Shown: piece after piece, positions 56,820 to 64,000 of the stretch
Layout: each line of letters begins with the position of its first letter
How positions within the stretch are numbered: the stretch's first letter is position 1
From: a virus
Lineage: Duplodnaviria; Caudoviricetes
Virus record (IMG/VR): IMGVR_UViG_3300028048_000038
Coordinates: 224,001 to 288,000 of that record
DNA length: 64,000 nucleotides
Strand: one strand, 5' to 3'
Made by a program: the position numbers and the translations under genes
The notes under the pieces: generated by a model
What the model was told of the DNA's origin: nothing
The model's database searches: none
What the model saw: only the letters and a program-made list of their open reading frames with translations

Positions 56820-57296
56820 TTAAAATGGTATTTTCTTTAGATTTCCATTATTTTCATAGTAGAACATTTCTCCGTTTTTAACAACAATGTTTGGCCACTT
56901 CTTATCATATCCGTGATAGTTTGCTCTACGAGCACGAACCCACATTCCAGCGTTTAGAACCTTCTGCTGTATTGGACTCAACTTGTCTTGGTTATCATAA
57001 AGCCACTGCATTTCCTTCTCAGAGAAGATATGGTCTTGTGACTCATGTTCTTTTAGAATATTCTTTACAGCTTCCATCACCATTCTGTGAAGGTCGTTCT
57101 CGGTCAATCTTATGATATTTTCCTCAACTTTCTCTGGAAGTCCCTTATGCTTTGTCTCAGCAAAATCCTTGACATCACTCATTGACATTCCATCTGCTGC
57201 TTTCTTTATCTTGCTGCTAGCATCCTTCATTTCACCCTTCTTATAGGCATCTACCATTCCGAAGAATCTCTGTTGCGCTTTACTTTTGCTTGGCAT
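56820..57296 (-). CDS. DUF3008-like N-terminal domain plus internal leader motif
   Basis: MPSKSKAQQR...MS..DVKDFAETKHKGLPEKV followed by IIRLTENDLHRMVMEAVKNILKE. Confidence 0.7.
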   Translation of the reverse strand: MPSKSKAQQRFFGMVDAYKKGEMKDASSKIKKAADGMSMSDVKDFAETKHKGLPEKVEENIIRLTENDLHRMVMEAVKNILKEHESQDHIFSEKEMQWLYDNQDKLSPIQQKVLNAGMWVRARRANYHGYDKKWPNIVVKNGEMFYYENNGNLKKIPF

Positions 57297-57323
57297 ATTA
57301 ATCTATTATTTTTATTTTTGTAA

Positions 57324-57938
57324 TTATTTAAGCTTAACTCTTATTAAAAAATCTTTCAAACAAGCATTCACATCATAATCTATATCTCTTACTATTGAAT
57401 ATAAATCATCACAGTCCAAATTCTGCGTCTTCAAGAATTCAACATCTTCATCATCACCATTTCCAAATGCTCTCTTTAGTTTCCTATTAAATGCATTCCC
57501 ATATGTAGGTATATACCCTCTGAAACGTTTTCCATCCCAATATATGAAAAACAATATAGGACACTCCCAATCACCGCCAGCGTAGCATTTCAGATATGTT
57601 ATACCTTTCCGTGTTTCCACTTTACCGATTGCACCAAGATTTTCGCAATCATAGTCTATCTTAGATATATCGTCTAGCAATGTTGACAATTCTTTAGGCT
57701 TATTGTTCTTGTAATTGTTACAAAACCTATATACAAAACTATCTAAGGAAAATTTTCTATCATCTTCTTTATTTCGTTCATAAATCTCTTTAATTTTTTC
57801 CTCAAATTCTTTTGCTGAAATCTTTGCTGCCGTTCTACCGCCATTAGGAAGTTCAACATCTAGATTAACAACATACCTTTTTCTACCGCCCTCTATAATT
57901 AATCTCAACTGAGATTCATTTAACATTATTCTTTTCAT
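57324..57938 (-). CDS. Protein with short leader motif
   Basis: MKRIMLNESQLRLIIE; GGDWECPILFFIYWDGK.FRGYIP..GN. Confidence 0.75.
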   Translation of the reverse strand: MKRIMLNESQLRLIIEGGRKRYVVNLDVELPNGGRTAAKISAKEFEEKIKEIYERNKEDDRKFSLDSFVYRFCNNYKNNKPKELSTLLDDISKIDYDCENLGAIGKVETRKGITYLKCYAGGDWECPILFFIYWDGKRFRGYIPTYGNAFNRKLKRAFGNGDDEDVEFLKTQNLDCDDLYSIVRDIDYDVNACLKDFLIRVKLK

Positions 57939-59901
57939 ACTTGTAATTATTCTCAATTATAAGTTGTTCCATAAAACAGTTATAAATTTTGAATGAAGAA
58001 ATATAACCGATAAAGGTTCCAGCAAAGTTCTTCTCAAGTGGATAAACCCTCGTTGGGTTTAACATATAGTTATACTGTATTGTTTCTGCAAGTCCTTGTG
58101 TTCCACCTCCAAGTGATATGTTATATGGTACACCTTCTTGCTTATCATATATCTCATTGAGAGCCTTTAGATTAAGCATCGGTAGTTCTTTAGAGATATA
58201 AACCAATTTTCCATTGACATAGAACATCAATTTCATCTTTCCGAATATAAATGAGATTCTCACATTAACCGTTGTCCATTCACAATTTGGTATTACATTC
58301 TCAAATGAATATCCCTCAATGATGCTTGTTTTGTCTCTTCCTTCCTTTTCACAGTCTATTGTAAGCATCCTATAACCTATTTCACCGTTATCTGTGATTC
58401 TAAAGGCTAGAGCGTTGTTATAGATATCATCATAAGGATTATATTCGTTTGCTGATTGGTCACGAAGTTCGTCTATGTTTGAAACGGTATAACCAGTCTT
58501 GGTGCGATTCATTAAGATGAATAGATTACCCTTAAATTTACTCTTGCGTCCAGCAAACATAAACTGTGTTCCTTCAACCCAGTTTGATACAGTCTTACCA
58601 GTCTTTGTTCTATCGAAGAAAAGGAATTTATTATCTGTATAGAAATAATATTGATTTGCTTCTGATAATTTAAAGCCATTGTCAGTGTAATATTCAAAGT
58701 CTGTAATATCAAGTTCTGGCTCAATATAAACCACAGCCTCTTCAAGTGACATTACCTCTCCGTTATCGAATATATAATCCTCACCAAATTCAGTTCCCAT
58801 CTTCAATGGGTTTGGGTCAAATACGTTTTTCTCTTTTGGTATCCTCTTATATGAGATTGGACAGCCACACCCATGAAACCAAGGCTTCAATATATATTCT
58901 TCCTCATCTGATTCTTCTCCACAGCACCAAGTAAGTCTCTTAAACGGAAGGTCACTATCACAAGGTATAACCTTTTGTTTCTTATCTGATACAACTTCAA
59001 TATAATATGACATATCATCCCAATCACATGGGTCATCCTCATAATATGAAGGGTCATAGTATTTGTAGTCGGTATAATCGCCAAGTTCGAATGGGTCATA
59101 CCCATCAAACTCTGGATTTGGGTCATAAAAATTTCCTATAATATAATCCTTTTTATCAATTTTACCATCTTCCACGAAGTCATCAACGCCTAGTTCATAG
59201 CAATCCTCAAGACCATCTACATCATCCTTATCATAGAGATAAATCCATTTATTTTCTGCCCTAGTGCCAACATAGAAGAATATACCCTTATTTTGAGGAT
59301 ACTTGTCATTCAATGTCTTGTCAGATTCCTTCTCCAAGTCGCATCTTTTCAAGGTGAACTCTAGATTAAGTGTATCTCCATGCTCAAATATTGTTGGAAG
59401 TATTTGGTATTTATCACATTCAGTCTTGAAAAAGCCTTGATAGAAGCCTCCATTAAGCTTTACGCATCCATTTTCCTTGTACAGTGGATAATCATACTGT
59501 AAGGTACTTCCACTAACGGCATGAAGCTTTAATCTGTAGTCATTCTCTTTTATCTTGAAATTGTTTTCTTGGAATATCTCCAAGAAATCTTTATTGGTTA
59601 TTCTGTCTTTTCTGAAGGTGAAGAGTCCGTTATCAACCCCAAGATATGTTATATTATATAAGGTATAACCAAGTGCCAATGATTTGTCCCACACATATCT
59701 GCTTTTACCATAAATCCAATTATCAGAATCGAAACATTCTTCATCTGACAAATCTATATATGATATAAGACATTTATCATACAAACCATCGTTAATCTTA
59801 AATGAGCCATAAGAATCCTTGTTAACGAAAAAGTCCCAATACTCATCCTCGTTAATTCTCAAATATAGATTATTGTAATTGTTTACCTTTAAATTTGCCA
59901 T
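57916..59901 (-). CDS. Structural protein with concanavalin/LamG-like C-terminal part
   Basis: W..V.V...LMFYVNGKL...ISLGGG...F.G.IS.FKIYN; upstream of the tail-fibre genes. Confidence 0.6.
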   Translation of the reverse strand: MANLKVNNYNNLYLRINEDEYWDFFVNKDSYGSFKINDGLYDKCLISYIDLSDEECFDSDNWIYGKSRYVWDKSLALGYTLYNITYLGVDNGLFTFRKDRITNKDFLEIFQENNFKIKENDYRLKLHAVSGSTLQYDYPLYKENGCVKLNGGFYQGFFKTECDKYQILPTIFEHGDTLNLEFTLKRCDLEKESDKTLNDKYPQNKGIFFYVGTRAENKWIYLYDKDDVDGLEDCYELGVDDFVEDGKIDKKDYIIGNFYDPNPEFDGYDPFELGDYTDYKYYDPSYYEDDPCDWDDMSYYIEVVSDKKQKVIPCDSDLPFKRLTWCCGEESDEEEYILKPWFHGCGCPISYKRIPKEKNVFDPNPLKMGTEFGEDYIFDNGEVMSLEEAVVYIEPELDITDFEYYTDNGFKLSEANQYYFYTDNKFLFFDRTKTGKTVSNWVEGTQFMFAGRKSKFKGNLFILMNRTKTGYTVSNIDELRDQSANEYNPYDDIYNNALAFRITDNGEIGYRMLTIDCEKEGRDKTSIIEGYSFENVIPNCEWTTVNVRISFIFGKMKLMFYVNGKLVYISKELPMLNLKALNEIYDKQEGVPYNISLGGGTQGLAETIQYNYMLNPTRVYPLEKNFAGTFIGYISSFKIYNCFMEQLIIENNYKYEKNNVK

Positions 59902-59923
59902 TATTTATAGATTATTTGCTTAA

Positions 59924-59937
59924 TATAAATATTTATA
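59924..59937. promoter_or_regulatory. Palindromic bidirectional TATTTATA promoter motif
   Basis: TATAAATATTTATA lies 22 nt and 20 nt from the two divergent start codons. Confidence 0.65.
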
Positions 59938-59957
59938 GCAAATAAAAGAATGGAATT

Positions 59958-60206
59958 ATGAAAATAATTAATTTGAATGAATCTCAGTACAGTAGGTTGT
60001 TTGAAAGCGTTACAGACCAAGACTTTGGAACTAGTACAGTTCCAGAATATGATGGTTTGGATAAGGTTGAGCTTCAGCCAACAATAACTGACAAAGATGG
60101 AAGTCCTAAGAAGGCTAATCCAATGGATACTGAGAAATTCGCAGATACACAATCTCCACAACAATGGGGTGCTGTAGGTGGTAGGAAATCATCAAATACA
60201 ATTTAA
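59958..60206 (+). CDS. Small protein with short leader motif
   Basis: MKIINLNESQYSRLFE. Confidence 0.75.
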   Translation: MKIINLNESQYSRLFESVTDQDFGTSTVPEYDGLDKVELQPTITDKDGSPKKANPMDTEKFADTQSPQQWGAVGGRKSSNTI

Positions 60207-60208
60207 CA

Positions 60209-61627
60209 ATGGCATTATTTTTAGAGGATTCACAGAAAGTAACTAGAAGGAAGGCTCCAGTTCCATTGAAGGATAGACAATACTATAGTGCATGGTATAA
60301 TGCGCTAGAGAAAGTCATGCCTAAAAATAACCTTAAAAACCTTAAGAGTCTTGCATCTACCAAGGCATATAATAAAAAAGGTAACGATAATTTGAACGGT
60401 AAGAAACAAAATACTAGCTATGTTAGCGTTGAGGATGCAAAGAAGAGAATGCAGAGAATGAATCCTAACGATATAACACAAGGTGGACAAAAGGCTTATA
60501 ATTTCTACAAGAAGACTATAGAGAGGGCTAGAAGCCAAGCAGAGGTATCTCCAATAGAGCCTCCAAAGCCTACCGCAAGTGTTAAGCCTAGCAATGTTAA
60601 CATCACAAAACAAAGCGTCCCTACTGCAAAAATTAAGACTGAGGGCAGAATTATAAAGGAAGAATTTGACAACAATCATATATTTTGGGATTATCTAAAT
60701 GATTACGGTGCTAATTACGTTTTTAATGAATTTTTGCAAAATCCAAATGGTAAGGAGAGTTGGGGCGTATTGATTAACCCAGATATGTATGCAAAGGCAT
60801 TAAGGGAATTCACACGTTTTGGTAAATTAACAACCTTTCCTACTAAATACATCTATCAATGGATGGGAATTATCATGAAGAATACTGCGATATTAAATGC
60901 TAACACTGAAATAGCAGGTCACAGTAGTAATTTCCCATTTGAGGAGTTTGAAGATTTCTTAGTCAGTTACTATGGCACTGATAGGGACATAGATGTGAAT
61001 TACGACCATACGGTGAGGATAGAGATAACACCAGAGGAAGTTGTTAAATTATGTAATGACGAGCCTATCCGTATAAATGAAGATGCTGTTGATAAATACG
61101 GACAAACGTATTTCCCTTGGGTAACTCAAGGTGAGGCTGAATTAATGGTAAAAAATCAAGAGTTACAACGTCAAAGAGAAAAGTTCCAGCAAATGTATGG
61201 CGATTTGGGAACATATGTTGAAAATTATAACAAAGAAAACAAGAATCGTGAGCAAATAACGATTGACTACCAAACAAACAAGATTTATTGGGAATTGGAT
61301 ATGTTTGAATTGTTATATCAAATTGGAATAACAGATGAGTGGATGCAGATGCCAGATGGAAGTGATGCGTTTTCTGACTTTGGCATTGAGCCAATTGTAA
61401 ACATTATTTCAGAATATGATGAGGACTTGCCACCAGAGAAGGTATTGGTTTTGGTTAACAAGGTATTGGATGTATATCACCAGAGAGGTGATTTAAGTTC
61501 AATATTTGTGCAAGGTGGTTCTAAGGCACTTGATAGGATTGCCGAGGAAATTAAGAGAAATAATAAGAAGGTGTATATCACCGAAAAACAAATATTAAGG
61601 TTACAAGATGGCAAACACAATCGATAA
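60209..61627 (+). CDS. Hypothetical multi-domain protein
   Basis: 472 aa; RIIKEE linker; C-terminal KKVYITEKQILRLQ motif. Confidence 0.8.
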   Translation: MALFLEDSQKVTRRKAPVPLKDRQYYSAWYNALEKVMPKNNLKNLKSLASTKAYNKKGNDNLNGKKQNTSYVSVEDAKKRMQRMNPNDITQGGQKAYNFYKKTIERARSQAEVSPIEPPKPTASVKPSNVNITKQSVPTAKIKTEGRIIKEEFDNNHIFWDYLNDYGANYVFNEFLQNPNGKESWGVLINPDMYAKALREFTRFGKLTTFPTKYIYQWMGIIMKNTAILNANTEIAGHSSNFPFEEFEDFLVSYYGTDRDIDVNYDHTVRIEITPEEVVKLCNDEPIRINEDAVDKYGQTYFPWVTQGEAELMVKNQELQRQREKFQQMYGDLGTYVENYNKENKNREQITIDYQTNKIYWELDMFELLYQIGITDEWMQMPDGSDAFSDFGIEPIVNIISEYDEDLPPEKVLVLVNKVLDVYHQRGDLSSIFVQGGSKALDRIAEEIKRNNKKVYITEKQILRLQDGKHNR

Positions 61628-62009
61628 TACATTTAGAAAGATTGGTAATACCATAGAGAATATTATGGGTGGGTCAAGTACCCAACAGTCATCTTCTAAT
61701 GGAACTACCAATGGTAAACAAACTTGTCTTGAAAAATTTGGTATTGAAGCAAGGAAAGAACATCTATATAGAAATGAATGGAAGGTTGACTTGCAATACA
61801 CAAAGGCATTGGTAGATGCTGAGTATATGGTACAGACTGAATTCCCAGTTGGAAGTACAGACCAATCTGTTCAAGACCAAATGGAAACAGCTAAAAAGAA
61901 AGAAGAGAAAGCCAATAAGACTAAATTGGACAAGCTAAGAGAGAAAAGAGATAAATTAAATACAAAAATTGAAACTTTAGAAGGTAAATCTAAGGTTGAG
62001 GAACTATAA
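61608..62009 (+). CDS. Hypothetical protein, paralog of the downstream gene
   Basis: MANT...NGKQTCLEKFGIEAR. Confidence 0.7.
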   Translation: MANTIDNTFRKIGNTIENIMGGSSTQQSSSNGTTNGKQTCLEKFGIEARKEHLYRNEWKVDLQYTKALVDAEYMVQTEFPVGSTDQSVQDQMETAKKKEEKANKTKLDKLREKRDKLNTKIETLEGKSKVEEL

Positions 62010-62065
62010 TATTTACAATTAACTATTTATAATAGAAAATAAATTACTTAAATTTTATAAAGAAT

Positions 62066-62500
62066 ATGGCAAATACAGTTCAGAACGGACAGACTTGTCT
62101 TGAAAAAGCTGGAATAACTGAACGTCATAATGAAATAACTCGTTCAGATTATAATATTGAAAACCAATACAGTTCTTTACATCAAGACGCAATAAGTGAT
62201 GGTGATGCACAAGGTAAAGGGCATCCTACTGTAAAAGGGCATACACATTGGCTTCCAACGTGTGACGGAACAGCAAATAATGGAATAAATTATAGTAATT
62301 TTGCAACGAGTCCAGAAGACCAAATTGGCGGTAAATATGATATTGATGGATATCAAGACAGGCCTGGGCGCAAAACACAAATGGCTCGTTCAATATATAA
62401 TTATCAAGAACAATATGGTGCAAATCTTGTAAATACAGAACAGAACCAGCAAGAAGGACAATATGTTATGGGTCAACAGATTGGTAATAAAAATATTTAA
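62066..62500 (+). CDS. Hypothetical protein (probably structural)
   Basis: MANTVQNGQTCLEKAGITER; TATTTATA at 62024-62031. Confidence 0.75.
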   Translation: MANTVQNGQTCLEKAGITERHNEITRSDYNIENQYSSLHQDAISDGDAQGKGHPTVKGHTHWLPTCDGTANNGINYSNFATSPEDQIGGKYDIDGYQDRPGRKTQMARSIYNYQEQYGANLVNTEQNQQEGQYVMGQQIGNKNI

Positions 62501-62537
62501 AAATTTAGAAGCATCTAGATTCTTAATACATTTACAT

Positions 62538-62641
62538 AAATGTGGATAGGTGGGAGTAGCTACCCACTGATAAGGTTTTCGCTTCAATCTTCCACATTTT
62601 TTGTTTTAAAATTAGAAGCGATTATAATAGAAGCGAATATG
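62538..62641 (+). promoter_or_regulatory. Structured 5' leader of the homing endonuclease gene
   Basis: Stem AAATGTGGA/TCCACATTT, inner GTGGG/CCCAC hairpin, TTCGCTTC complementary to GAAGCGAA ending 1 nt before the ATG. Confidence 0.55.
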
Positions 62642-63625
62642 GCAAAAAGAATAACACAAGAAGAATTTTTAAACAAAGTTACAAGTATATGCGGAGATAA
62701 TATTGATTTTTCTAAGTCAGTTTATATTAATGATGCAACAAAAGTAATGTGTATATGCAAAAAATGTGACAACATTTGGTGGGTGACTCCTAACAATCTT
62801 AAACACGGAAAAGGATGCCCTAGTTGTAAACATAAATCAAAAAAATATACATTAGATGAGTGGTTTAAAATGGCTGAAAAAGCACACAACGGAAAATATG
62901 ATTTATCCTTGATAAATGAATATCATTCTAGAGAACAAAAAATGAAGATTATTTGTCATGAAAAACATCTAGATGGAAAAGAACATGGCGTTTTTGAAAT
63001 ATCTAGCAGTTCGTTTTTACATGGTAGAGGATGTCCATATTGTGCTATTAATGTTATAAAAGAAAAACAAAAGAAACCATTTGACCAAATGGTCAAGGAT
63101 GCAAGAAAAATTCATGGTGACAAGTATGAATATAATGAAGATACATACGTAAACGCACAAACACCAATGAAAATCTTTTGTAAGGTTCATGGCGAGTTCT
63201 GGCAAACGCCTCATAAGCATATAAATGGAAAACATGGATGTCCTAAATGTAAAGAAAGTAAACTAGAAGGAGAAATATCAAAATTGTTGTCAAAAAATAA
63301 CGTTAAATATGTAGAAAAAAAGCATTTTGAGTGGCTAGGATTACAGCATCTTGATTTCTATCTACCAGAATATAATGTCGCAATAGAATGTCAAGGAGAA
63401 CAACATTATGAAGGAAAAAGTTTCAGTTCTGATAAAACAAAGAAAACTTTAACAGAGAATCTTAAGATACAACAAGAACGTGATTCAAGAAAGAAGAAAC
63501 TTTGTAAAAGAAATAATGTAAAATTGTTATATTTCACACATTATAAAAATATCAGTGAAGATGAAGTAACGTTTAAAAATAAAGAAAAATTATTAAACAA
63601 AATATTTACTTATGAGAAGTTATGA
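62639..63625 (+). CDS. Free-standing homing endonuclease: 3 zinc repeats plus Vsr-like nuclease
   Basis: GCPxC repeats; FEWLGLQHLDFYLPEYNVAIECQGEQH; start at ATG 62639. Confidence 0.75.
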   Translation: MAKRITQEEFLNKVTSICGDNIDFSKSVYINDATKVMCICKKCDNIWWVTPNNLKHGKGCPSCKHKSKKYTLDEWFKMAEKAHNGKYDLSLINEYHSREQKMKIICHEKHLDGKEHGVFEISSSSFLHGRGCPYCAINVIKEKQKKPFDQMVKDARKIHGDKYEYNEDTYVNAQTPMKIFCKVHGEFWQTPHKHINGKHGCPKCKESKLEGEISKLLSKNNVKYVEKKHFEWLGLQHLDFYLPEYNVAIECQGEQHYEGKSFSSDKTKKTLTENLKIQQERDSRKKKLCKRNNVKLLYFTHYKNISEDEVTFKNKEKLLNKIFTYEKL

Positions 63626-63953
63626 TAATGATAGATTACATAAGCTAGCGAAGAACATCCTCATCGGCATGGAACTTGTTGACAAGAGGGTAGATTCAAT
63701 CAAGAAGGCTAATGTAAAGAAGGAATTAAACGAGGAAGAGACAAGGCAAGCAATTGCTGAGACCAACGCTTTCTTCGCTGATAGAAAGATGCAGAGAAAG
63801 CTAGAAGCATTGAAATCATTGATTGTTGATAACACATACCAAAACCAACTTAATGAAATATATGGCAATCAAAGTATGAATATCATGCCTCAGAGTCGTT
63901 TGGATGAAATGAACATGAAGGTTAATTATAACCCATATAACGAAAAAGATTAA
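63612..63953 (+). CDS. Hypothetical protein
   Basis: 113-aa ORF with core-type (AAG/GAG-rich) codons. Confidence 0.75.
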   Translation: MRSYDNDRLHKLAKNILIGMELVDKRVDSIKKANVKKELNEEETRQAIAETNAFFADRKMQRKLEALKSLIVDNTYQNQLNEIYGNQSMNIMPQSRLDEMNMKVNYNPYNEKD

Positions 63954-63955
63954 AA

Positions 63956-64000
63956 ATGAAAATAACTCTACAAGATAGAATTAAACCATTCTTAAATGAG
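63956..64000 (+). CDS. Partial ORF at the right edge
   Basis: MKITLQDRIKPFLNE..., 2 nt after the previous stop. Confidence 0.5.
   Translation, partial: MKITLQDRIKPFLNE

Noticed and set aside
12559-62638. N-terminal extensions in the ORF track (12559, 14449, 17910, 19999, 20771, 25664, 48501, 48753, 62540 etc.)
   Set aside because: They run through promoters, tRNAs, hairpins or upstream genes; downstream ATGs fit better
918-63868. Many short ORFs antisense to or nested in long genes (e.g. 1902-2228, 9709-10125, 38564-39037, 51077-51568, 54127-54510)
   Set aside because: Shadow frames of real genes with no motifs or expression signals
1-64000. Stop-codon reassignment (TAG to Gln, as in Lak and some crAss-like phages)
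   Set aside because: Long genes are intact in code 11, TAG ends several genes at natural positions (peptidase, nrdG, primase, endolysin) and no CUA-anticodon tRNA is seen
1-64000. Bacterial chromosome or prophage (because of clpP, rfbC, sigma-70, nrdD)
   Set aside because: These genes are interleaved with virion genes under shared signals; no integrase, att site, rRNA or housekeeping operon is visible

Overview
This 64-kb window is part of a large AT-rich lytic myovirus (T4-like/jumbo-type gene set) read in the standard genetic code. The host is almost certainly Bacteroidota: 11 promoters of the TTTG-N19/20-TAnnTTT(G/A) type are present, Shine-Dalgarno motifs are not evident, and there is a host-like rfbC and a FISUMP domain. 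Most genes are on the minus strand. Structural genes: baseplate gp25-like and gp6/J-like, a neck-like protein and two long tail-fibre-like proteins. Replication and recombination genes: DnaB-like helicase, primase, 5'-3' exonuclease, SbcC/gp46, RuvC-like resolvase. Also present: class III ribonucleotide reductase (nrdD, nrdG) with a ferredoxin:thioredoxin-reductase-like gene between them, a phage sigma-70 factor, ClpP and papain proteases, Mom-like and GNAT acetyltransferases, a GH108 endolysin, a T-holin-like protein, four free-standing homing endonucleases, three tRNAs (two atypical) and a ~99-nt structured ncRNA candidate. The most notable unexplained patterns are: (i) at least 12 unrelated proteins sharing a 'KIIRLTESDLHNIVKESVxRILxE'-type peptide, a candidate capsid-targeting/prohead-protease tag; (ii) a TATTTAT(A/T) phage promoter motif, the reverse complement of the T4 late box; (iii) a repeated fused terminator-promoter cassette; (iv) an unusual tRNA/ncRNA locus. 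All family assignments are from motif recognition by eye; no database searches were run.
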